Program-made: the position numbers and the translations under genes | Notes under the pieces: generated by a model | What the model was told of the DNA's origin: nothing | What the model saw: only the letters and a program-made list of their open reading frames with translations | Database searches by the model: none | Part shown: piece after piece, positions 57,416 through 64,000 of the stretch | How the letters are laid out: every line of letters starts with the position of its first letter | How positions within the stretch are numbered: the first letter of the stretch is position 1 | Source of the DNA: Candidatus Parcubacteria bacterium | Lineage (GTDB): Bacteria > Patescibacteriota > Saccharimonadia > UBA4664 > JBIOIQ01 | Direction: 5' to 3' | NCBI GenBank assembly: GCA_963718875.1 | Contig: OY970378.1 | Span: 872,265-936,264 of the forward strand | Length of the DNA: 64,000 nt

Positions 57416-58156
57416 CTAACTCAAATGCTTGTCCAAAAATTGGCCCACAATCGCGTTCACTTCCGCAACTGCTTCGGATTGTAGCCGGTAATCATGAACT
57501 GAGTGTATTTTTTGAATCATTTTTGGCTCTGACAAGGATAGGTATATTTCTTCAACACGTTGAGGTTCCGTAAACTCATCTTCGTCACCATAAATTAATA
57601 GTTTTGCCATATTAAACTTTTGAAGCGCTGCCATTGGGTTATATTGTGCCCCGTCTTTGAAGTAGCCAATAGGAAGCTCAAATCTTTTTTGCTCTTTTGA
57701 TTTGATTGCTCCAGGCGGAAGGTCACGGTATTCAATATTAAACCCAGTTTGGATGGCCTCTTTACTAGGAGGCGAAGGCGGCCCATAAGAAGCCATTATT
57801 GCGACTATGCCTGAAACGGCTGGATTAGACGATGCCAGCATCGCAACCGCACCTCCTCGGCTATGTCCAAGAAGCAGAGTAGGCTTGTTGCCAAAATGCT
57901 CGATGACTTCATTTATGACATTGTTGTAGGTTGTAGTGGAATAATTTTGAATGTCACCGGGACTTTCCCATGTACCTGGGGGATCAAAAGATAATGCATA
58001 GTACCCTCGATCAGCCATTAGATCCACGAGGCTTGTATTGTGAATGTAGTCTTTGGAGTCTAGGCGTCCTGGAAGTATAAGGGCCAACTTAGAGGATTTT
58101 TCGTCACCTCTGGCATAGACTGCCAATTCATAGCTTTTGGTCTTGACCGTGTTCAT
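57416..58156 (-). CDS. Alpha/beta hydrolase
   Basis: GHSRGG nucleophile elbow. 246 aa. Confidence 0.75.
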   Translation of the reverse strand: MNTVKTKSYELAVYARGDEKSSKLALILPGRLDSKDYIHNTSLVDLMADRGYYALSFDPPGTWESPGDIQNYSTTTYNNVINEVIEHFGNKPTLLLGHSRGGAVAMLASSNPAVSGIVAIMASYGPPSPPSKEAIQTGFNIEYRDLPPGAIKSKEQKRFELPIGYFKDGAQYNPMAALQKFNMAKLLIYGDEDEFTEPQRVEEIYLSLSEPKMIQKIHSVHDYRLQSEAVAEVNAIVGQFLDKHLS

Positions 58157-58259
58157 ACCCTACCTGTATCGCTTTCAAGTTATTAATTAAGCATAAAGTA
58201 TTTTTGCTGGGCATAGTTGGCGAGGTTAGAACCTTAATGCGTGGATCGCTGGTGACTAT

Positions 58260-58619
58260 TCAACGCGTATCAACGTACTCGCTTTGATCAATTGTTAATT
58301 TAGTCCCTGGCAAAGAAACTGTAACTGCGTCATTATTATCATCCCAGGTAACATGTATGTTCCCAAGAGAATATGGAATATTATAAACAATACCCCTATT
58401 AGGAGAAGGCCCAATAAGTAAGGTATTGCTCCCGCCTAAAAAGCCAGGAGTAGCTCGATAATAGGCACAATACTCCGTATTGGTAATACTTGGGTTTAAT
58501 TTATGACAAGAAAGCTTGGTTTGTTTGGATATGCCATATACCAAAAACTGATAAGCAATTGTTAAAAATAATCCCGTTACAATACTAAGTATTGGGAACA
58601 TAATACGCTTTAATTTCAT
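58260..58619 (-). CDS. Hypothetical secreted protein
   Basis: Signal/TM FPILSIVTGLFLTIAYQFLVYGI. Confidence 0.4.
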   Translation of the reverse strand: MKLKRIMFPILSIVTGLFLTIAYQFLVYGISKQTKLSCHKLNPSITNTEYCAYYRATPGFLGGSNTLLIGPSPNRGIVYNIPYSLGNIHVTWDDNNDAVTVSLPGTKLTIDQSEYVDTR

Positions 58620-58700
58620 TGTTACATTATAGTATTTACGGTGGCCAAATCCTATATAGATATACTACGCTTATCGTATATTGATAACATAATAATTTCT

Positions 58701-58786
58701 TGGCTGGGGAGGAAGGATTACATTCTGTATCCATCGTCGCATGCTTGAAGTAAACTTCTGTGCGTGCTCCTCGTAATCGAACCTTC
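58701..58786 (-). repeat. 86-bp copy of the 3' portion (acceptor 3' strand, T-arm, 58-nt T-loop insert) of the aberrant tRNA-Gln-like gene at 59507..59642
   Basis: 84/86 identical to 59507-59592. Begins TGGCTGGGGAGGAAGGATT (the complement of ...AATCCTTCCTCCCCAGCCA). Confidence 0.6.
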
Positions 58787-59023
58787 CGTTCGCTTAAGCT
58801 CACTCTTCCGGTTCTCATCGTATCATCCCAGCCAAAAAGACCCGAGACAAGCTCAGGTCTTTTTGGCTGAGCATGGGGTCATTATTCCAAACTTTTGACG
58901 ACCTAGAAATCTATTATAGATAAAGAAAAATATGGGTGTGAGCCATACCATCTTATGTTAAACAGCACTCGGTTTACTTACAGCTAATTGTACTTGAAAT
59001 GGAATAGCTGTATTCTGTAAATT

Positions 59024-59419
59024 ATGAACCGATTTACTGCATGGACCGGGGAAAACCTCTCGCAAGAGTTAGACATACAAATAGAAGATAATAAGATTAG
59101 CTTGTTGCAGACAGACAGCCAGCTACTAAACTCCGACCTGGCTATAATTAAGATTTATAAACATAACGGGCGCGGAGTCCTCTACGAAATTGCCGACAAT
59201 AAGAAAAGTATTTGGCTTACTTTTGCTCAACCTTGGCTTCGAAATCTTAAGGATCTGATACTGCAAATTCGGAGAGAACGTAGTATGAATAAACGGTTTG
59301 AGAGAGCGATTACAGAGAACGGTGGCAATATAACCGCAAGACGATCAATCTCTCAATTCATAGTACATATAGTCAGTTTATTGTTAGTATTACTTGTTAT
59401 CTTGATGTTCACAAATTAG
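59024..59419 (+). CDS. Hypothetical protein with a C-terminal TM helix, located between the tRNA-fragment repeats
   Basis: 131 aa, no motif. Confidence 0.35.
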   Translation: MNRFTAWTGENLSQELDIQIEDNKISLLQTDSQLLNSDLAIIKIYKHNGRGVLYEIADNKKSIWLTFAQPWLRNLKDLILQIRRERSMNKRFERAITENGGNITARRSISQFIVHIVSLLLVLLVILMFTN

Positions 59420-59506
59420 TTTTGATATTAGCATAAAATCAGTAACTTAGTGGAACAATGCTGGCTGGGGAGAAGGTACTATGGTGGTCGATCAATACAC
59501 TCTTTT

Positions 59507-59642
59507 TGGCTGGGGAGGAAGGATTACATTCTGTATCCATCGTCGCACGCTCGAAGTAAACTTCTGTGCGTGCTCCTCGTAATCGAACCTTCGATCTCTT
59601 GAGCCAGAATCAAGCGCCTTATCCGCCTTAGGCGGACCACTC
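59507..59642 (-). pseudogene. Aberrant tRNA-Gln(CUG)-like gene: intact anticodon arm and T-stem with compensatory changes relative to the neighbouring tRNA-Gln, 58-nt insertion inside the T-loop, non-pairing acceptor and irregular D-arm
   Basis: Minus strand reads ...GGCG-CTTGA-TTCTGGC-TCAAG-AGATC-GAAGG-TTCGA-[58 nt]-AT-CCTTC-CTCCCCA-G-CCA. The 5' part GGAGTGGTCCGCCTAAGGCGGATAAGG cannot pair with the 3' acceptor strand. Confidence 0.5.
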
Positions 59643-59656
59643 CTTAATTGCTCATT

Positions 59657-59731
59657 TGGCTGGGGAAGTAGGATTCGAACCTACGATCTCCTGAGCCAGA
59701 ATCAGGCGCCTTACCGCTTGGCCATTCCCCA
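59657..59731 (-). tRNA. tRNA-Gln (anticodon CUG), CCA encoded
   Basis: TGGGGAA-TG-GCC-AAGCGGTAA-GGC-G-CCTGA-TTCTGGC-TCAGG-AGATC-GTAGG-TTCGAAT-CCTAC-TTCCCCA-G-CCA. Near-identical to E. coli tRNA-Gln in the D-arm and anticodon loop. U1-A72 pair. Confidence 0.9.
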
Positions 59732-59767
59732 GCAGATGAGCAATTACAATTCCAGATTATTTAAGAA

Positions 59768-59983
59768 TTACCGGTCTTTACCAGTCTTTAAAAAACTCTC
59801 AAGCTTTTTTGCTTCGGATTTTGTTTCATATCTTTCCGAATAAACCAGCTTCCAGGGACCACGATTCTTAGTATAGCGAGACTTACCTTCGTTATGCCAG
59901 ATCAGCCTAACTTCCACTTGCGAAGAATAGCCAACATAGTGCGTTCCTAAGGATTCACTTTTCAAAACATAGGTAGTAAACAT
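59768..59983 (-). CDS. GIY-YIG nuclease family protein (YhbQ/UPF0213-like)
   Basis: FTTYVLKSESLGTHYVGYSSQVEVRLIWHNEG...PWKLVYSERYETKSEAKKLESFLK matches the GIY-YIG core. The listed ORF extends to 60139 but the domain starts at MFTTYV. Confidence 0.65.
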   Translation of the reverse strand: MFTTYVLKSESLGTHYVGYSSQVEVRLIWHNEGKSRYTKNRGPWKLVYSERYETKSEAKKLESFLKTGKDR

Positions 59984-60162
59984 TTTTAGTTTCTTTTCTA
60001 GATTCCCTACCCGAAGCGCCAAGCCAGGCAATGGTTGGGCTTGGCTTTCCAATTCAGCCTTCGTAGCCACTTCGGCGAAGTAGGCTAGGGAATGACAGAT
60101 ACGGTGGTTTGAGGATTCACAGTCAAGCCTTAAACCCAAGAACTGGGTAATTGTACCTGTTT

Positions 60163-60468
60163 TTAGGATAGTTTGGCAATTATTAGCGCTTGGATTTGCT
60201 GGCGCTGGAGTGGGCCAAAGGAGCGGCTATCGGTGCTTTGGGTAAGATTGTCACCTTCAAGCCACACAGTGTTAGCATAAATTTTTGTAATGCGTTTAAT
60301 AATTGTGCGTTCCGAAGTTGCTGCAACTACCACTTGGCCAACTTTAAAGCGCGACCATCTTGCCCCAAGCAAAACATCGCCGGAATTATAGGCTGGAAGC
60401 ATGCTGCCACCCTGGACTCGGTAAAGTTTTACCGGAAACCACTTCATATAGTTCCTCGCTGACGACAA
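60163..60468 (-). CDS. sodX: S26/S24-type peptidase; nickel-SOD maturation protease (SodX-like)
   Basis: GGSMLPAYNSGDVLL and KRITKIYANTVWLEGDNLTQSTDSR motifs of the signal peptidase-like fold. Immediately downstream of sodN. Confidence 0.7.
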   Translation of the reverse strand: MSSARNYMKWFPVKLYRVQGGSMLPAYNSGDVLLGARWSRFKVGQVVVAATSERTIIKRITKIYANTVWLEGDNLTQSTDSRSFGPLQRQQIQALIIAKLS

Positions 60469-60864
60469 TTATGTTTTGGTTTCGGCAAAGACGGTGGCTA
60501 TCTCGTCTATCAGATCTAGTAGCTTTTGACCTTCAGCAGGATCAACCGTTTTTTTGGTAGTACCCGCTTGTTTGGTGGCGCGCCAAAATAAATCGTGCAG
60601 CTGGGGGTATTTTTCCACATGTTCTGGCTTAAAATAGTCGGTCCACAATACCCATAAATGATGTTTTACTAATTCCGCCCGAGTCTCTTTGATGATAATA
60701 GCCCGCACTTTGTCCTCGGTACTTAAACCATCGTATTTTTCCATAATTTTCGCGATTGACTCGGCTTCGATGCGTGCCTGGGCAGGGTCGTATACACCAC
60801 ATGGCAGGTCACAATGGGCATAAACTGTTTGGGCCGGCAGTTTTGCAATTAGCTGTTTGATCAT
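60469..60864 (-). CDS. sodN: Nickel superoxide dismutase precursor
   Basis: Leader MIKQLIAKLPAQTVYA followed by the Ni-hook HCDLPCGVYDP. Length about 130 aa. Confidence 0.9.
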   Translation of the reverse strand: MIKQLIAKLPAQTVYAHCDLPCGVYDPAQARIEAESIAKIMEKYDGLSTEDKVRAIIIKETRAELVKHHLWVLWTDYFKPEHVEKYPQLHDLFWRATKQAGTTKKTVDPAEGQKLLDLIDEIATVFAETKT

Positions 60865-60988
60865 AGGGTCTCCTTCATAACTACTTCTAGGTTACCATGG
60901 TTTGTCCCATCCCGAGAGGTACGCACCGATAACGTGGTCAGAGACTGGGGGCTTGAATCGGAGAGTTAGCATAAGTACAATATAAACC

Positions 60989-62083
60989 ATGAGCATAATG
61001 GTGGATGGTTTGGCCCCGCGTGGAGCAGTCTTTACTCCTACTTTGAAGTCGGCAAGGCTGCCGCTTGGCCAAGCCCTTAGTGAAAAAACTTTGCGACCAC
61101 TTTTACTAGATTTGCGCCCTCCTCAAACACCAATTCAGGCGGCTGTAGCAGAGACTGTTTGGCCTAGCGCACCAGCAGCCGCACTTCCTATCCCCGCCCG
61201 CAAACCGCTGTCGGGGCTAGCGTGGGTATTAGCGGGCGGAGTTAGTGCGGCAATTCTTGGGAGTACGGTGATAAGTGCGGCTAAAGCCATTAATTCACCC
61301 GTTCAAGCAAAAGTGGCGCCAGCGGCAGCTGTTGCGACCACACCTGCACCGACGGCTGCGGCTCAAGCTCCAGCGCCAGTTTTTAGCGTCACTTCGGCCC
61401 AGATACAATCGTTGTTAAATGACTTTGCTGCTAGCGCTGGCTCGCCAGTTTATTTGGCGGTAAAAGATCTTAAGACTGGCCAGGGTGCGGCGGTAGCATC
61501 AGACCAAACTATTACCAGCGCCAGCTTATACAAGCTGTTTGTTGCCCATGGCATATACACTTTGGTCGACTCAGGCAAATTAAATTTTTCGAGCATAGTT
61601 CCAGGAACAGGCAGCAACGTTAGTAATTGTTTGAAAGCTATGATTACGGTTTCGGATAATGCTTGCGGCGAAGCCATGGAAGGCATGCTTGGAGATAGCC
61701 GATATAATCCAACGCTGGCTCAGTATGGATTTACACATACTCGATTTGATTACCCCACCGTTACAAGCGCTAATGACGTTGCTATTTTACTTGAGCGGTT
61801 GTACAACTCAACTCTGTTGAGCCCTAATGCAACCCAATATTTTACTGATCTCTTAAAGTCTCAGCGCGTCAATAATCGCCTACCTCAAGGCCTACCGGCT
61901 GGAACAACTATTGCCCATAAAACTGGAGATGTGTTTGGGCTCGTACATGATGCGGGGATTGTTTATGGGCCAAAAACTGATTATGTGGTGGTTATGATGA
62001 GTGGACCTTGGAAAAATACAGGGGCTGCGCCGGCTAAATTTGCTGAGCTTTCCAGCAAGCTTTATACACTGTTTAATCAATAA
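60989..62083 (+). CDS. Class A beta-lactamase-like serine hydrolase, membrane-anchored with a Pro/Ala-rich N-terminal region
   Basis: SxxK (SASLYK), SDN (VSDNACGEA) and KTG (HKTGDVFG) motifs in the correct order. TM LAWVLAGGVSAAILGSTVI. Confidence 0.75.
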   Translation: MSIMVDGLAPRGAVFTPTLKSARLPLGQALSEKTLRPLLLDLRPPQTPIQAAVAETVWPSAPAAALPIPARKPLSGLAWVLAGGVSAAILGSTVISAAKAINSPVQAKVAPAAAVATTPAPTAAAQAPAPVFSVTSAQIQSLLNDFAASAGSPVYLAVKDLKTGQGAAVASDQTITSASLYKLFVAHGIYTLVDSGKLNFSSIVPGTGSNVSNCLKAMITVSDNACGEAMEGMLGDSRYNPTLAQYGFTHTRFDYPTVTSANDVAILLERLYNSTLLSPNATQYFTDLLKSQRVNNRLPQGLPAGTTIAHKTGDVFGLVHDAGIVYGPKTDYVVVMMSGPWKNTGAAPAKFAELSSKLYTLFNQ

Positions 62084-62085
62084 GC

Positions 62086-62430
62086 TTATAATCGCTCTCT
62101 TAAAAGCTGTTCAATAATTTGAATACTCCCCCTCTCAACCTGGAGCCACCGTCTTCCTCTAGAAGTAAGTCGATATTTGACTTGTTTAGAATCGGATTGA
62201 GCTGATTCTATTAACCCGATTTGAACAAGCCGCGGCAACTCACGATAAACAGCCCTATCATAAACAAATATGGTACCCATACTGTCATCGGCCATTTTTT
62301 TGTAAATTCCGTAGCCGTGATTTTCTCCCGCCAACAAGGAGGCTAATAAATACGTAACGAAAAGTCGCCTTTCGGTCATGGAGCCCCTTATCATTTTTCG
62401 TATAACTACCGCCAAACTGACAGTACCCAA
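62086..62430 (-). CDS. PadR family transcriptional regulator (start likely at MTERRL, 62376)
   Basis: GENHGYGIYKKMADDSMGTIFVYDRAVYRELPRLVQIGLIES winged-helix pattern. Confidence 0.65.
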   Translation of the reverse strand: MGTVSLAVVIRKMIRGSMTERRLFVTYLLASLLAGENHGYGIYKKMADDSMGTIFVYDRAVYRELPRLVQIGLIESAQSDSKQVKYRLTSRGRRWLQVERGSIQIIEQLLRERL

Positions 62431-62804
62431 CTATTTTAGTGAATAGAGGTCGAACAGGCAACATTTGGACATTTCTTTAAGTCAATTTGCGGTTAACTAA
62501 ATGGAGGCAGACAGAACCTGCTCTGATTGTTTTAGAGAAGAAATTAATTTTGGGTGCTCAGTTTTTTATATTTTCACTACTGACAAAATGGCGGTAGTCT
62601 GGAAAAAGACGCACCCCAAAGGTGTATATAAGTTCGTCTCATATAAGCAGGCGTTTCGGGATTCACGGAAAAATAGGTTAAATGGATACATATTATAAAG
62701 AAGTTTTGTTTTTTTGCATCCTTCTACCCGCTTATGCTCGCGACCAAGAGCGTTTTTGAGCTATAATTACGTGGCAGTTTTTCCGTTCGTTAAAAAGGAG
62801 CCCC

Positions 62805-63407
62805 TTGCCCCACGACCACGAAAGCCACGATCGCTTGCCGATCGGGGCCGGTCTGGTTCTGATCGCCTGGGCGACCTGCCAGTTTATTGCCAACCTACAT
62901 CTGCACAGCAGTTTGTTGACTGCTGCGGTGTACCATAATCTGCTCGATGGCCTAATCGCTTTGATCGCAACCGGTCTTGATAGCGTTGGGGACCGATTAC
63001 GACAACGCCATTGGGCAAAAAACGTGTCCCCTATTTCTACTCTGTCGCTTTACCTATTGATTGTTATCCTCATTGGGCACAGCGTGATAGGCGAGCCCCC
63101 GACCAGGTTTACTTGGGGTTTGGCAGTTCTCGAGACGCTGGACATTTTTGTAAACCTAGGTGTTCGGATGTGGGCAAGATCAAGCAAGTCCAGTTTGGCT
63201 CAAGCTCTGGGGCTGCACCTTCTGCTTGATTCGATGGTGGCACCAACAATCCTTGTGATGAGCCTACTACCAATAGGTAAACTATACACAGGAAGTACCT
63301 ATCTTTTGGTAGGAGGAATAGCAGCTCTTGTGATATCCGAAGCCCGCGAAGCTACGCGTGAACTCCACCTTCACTGGGAAGCCAATTGTCGAGACCGAGA
63401 TCACTAA
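62805..63407 (+). CDS. Cation diffusion facilitator (CDF)-like membrane domain protein
   Basis: Two HxxxD motifs in TM helices (AAVYHNLLD, LGLHLLLDSM). About 6 TM. No cytoplasmic C-terminal domain. Confidence 0.45.
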   Translation: MPHDHESHDRLPIGAGLVLIAWATCQFIANLHLHSSLLTAAVYHNLLDGLIALIATGLDSVGDRLRQRHWAKNVSPISTLSLYLLIVILIGHSVIGEPPTRFTWGLAVLETLDIFVNLGVRMWARSSKSSLAQALGLHLLLDSMVAPTILVMSLLPIGKLYTGSTYLLVGGIAALVISEAREATRELHLHWEANCRDRDH

Positions 63408-63457
63408 GAACCCCGACCCCCAACGCCCAAAGCGTTGAAGGTCGGGGTTCTGCCCTT

Positions 63458-64000
63458 TTACTTTAATAAATCGGGGCGATTTTTGGCAGTTTTAGCCTTT
63501 GCTGCCTCAGCTCGCCATTTGGCAATCTCAGCATGATTGCCGTTTTGGAGTACTTTGGGCACGGCCATGCCATTGAACTCAATTGGACGGGTATATTGGG
63601 GATAATCGAGTTGACCATTGGCTGATTTACTAAATGATTCGTCCCGCGCGCTTGCCTGGCCACCCAGAACGCCAGGAATGAGCCTTACAACCGCATCAAC
63701 CACCACCATAGCTGGCAGCTCTCCTCCAGTTAAAACGTAGTCGCCGATGGAAAGTTCGTAGTCGGCTAAGCTTAAAATGCGTTCGTCAAACCCTTCATAA
63801 TGGCCGGCTACTAGAATTAGCTTTGGTTCCTGGGCTAGTTCCTCAGCCAGTTTTTGGTTAAATGGCTGTCCCTGGGGACTGAGGACAATAACTTTTGAGT
63901 TGTGAGCGCTGCCTTCTGGATTAAAAGTCAGACTTACATCTTTGATGCTGGAAGGATCTGGATTAGAAGTCTGACTTTGAGTCCGAATCGCCTCAATTGC
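63458..64000 (-). CDS. trmD: tRNA (guanine37-N1)-methyltransferase, 5'-partial in window (continues beyond 64000)
   Basis: ...[33 protein letters not shown]...YTRP...[11 protein letters not shown]. The frame stays open upstream of 63709. Confidence 0.85.
   Translation of the reverse strand, partial: AIEAIRTQSQTSNPDPSSIKDVSLTFNPEGSAHNSKVIVLSPQGQPFNQKLAEELAQEPKLILVAGHYEGFDERILSLADYELSIGDYVLTGGELPAMVVVDAVVRLIPGVLGGQASARDESFSKSANGQLDYPQYTRPIEFNGMAVPKVLQNGNHAEIAKWRAEAAKAKTAKNRPDLLK

Noticed and set aside
58636-58818. 60-aa ORF
   Set aside because: Overlaps the 86-bp tRNA-fragment repeat. Almost certainly non-coding.
1-64000. CRISPR arrays, rRNA genes, reverse transcriptase or DGR signatures, phage structural genes
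   Set aside because: Looked for regularly spaced short direct repeats, rRNA-like conserved blocks and reverse-transcriptase motifs. None were seen in this window.

Overview
This 64 kb window comes from a low-GC (about 40-45%) bacterial genome. The gene content fits a small-genome, episymbiont-type lineage, possibly Saccharibacteria/CPR-like, but that taxonomic guess is inference only. Cues are a cyoABCD-type quinol oxidase with cyoE, a nickel SOD sodN-sodX pair, many small VOC/NUDIX/DUF genes and abundant surface proteins.

The first ~18.5 kb is a single-strand (minus) supercluster of secreted and membrane-anchored proteins in three modules. Several of them end in a shared motif, G-T/V-Y-x-x-x-V/L-x-Y-T-C/A-T-P/L, which resembles a WxL domain with Tyr in place of Trp. 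They are partnered with DUF916/DUF3324-like C-terminally anchored proteins, a LamG-lectin fusion, two cohesin-domain proteins and a dockerin-terminated protein. An intact IS1595-family element with a 9-bp target-site duplication sits inside the cluster. Two of the WxL-like paralogs carry frameshifts at short A/T homopolymers.

The rest of the window contains uppS, heme O synthase, a GNAT, and cyoABCD. cyoD needs a +1 frameshift and carries a roughly 115-aa cupredoxin-like C-terminal extension. After that come an MsbA-like ABC exporter, a run of small accessory genes, an ABC-2 exporter pair, a KefB-type antiporter, an APC permease, DedA, hydrolases, and a tRNA-Gln locus. Next to the intact tRNA-Gln(CTG) is an aberrant tRNA-Gln-like paralog with a 58-nt insertion in its T-loop, plus nested partial copies of its 3' end. 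The window ends with a class A beta-lactamase-like gene with a PadR regulator, a CDF-like transporter and partial trmD.

At least five short high-GC islands interrupt the low-GC background. Their ORFs are decayed or frameshifted and include a TylM1-like methyltransferase. At several island boundaries the CTCTTCAGGATGAC motif recurs, either as the terminal inverted repeat of a MITE-like short intergenic repeat (~120-205 bp copies) or as a solo end. Island 1 is additionally bracketed by 27-bp direct repeats carrying a perfect 15-bp hairpin. One reading is acquisition from high-GC, possibly actinobacterial, donors.

Several in-frame disruptions suggest either genome decay or homopolymer/indel sequencing errors: cyoD, two WxL-like genes, a P-loop kinase with an internal TAG, and a lipoprotein. 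I cannot distinguish these two explanations from the sequence alone. No rRNA, CRISPR array or recognisable defence system was seen.
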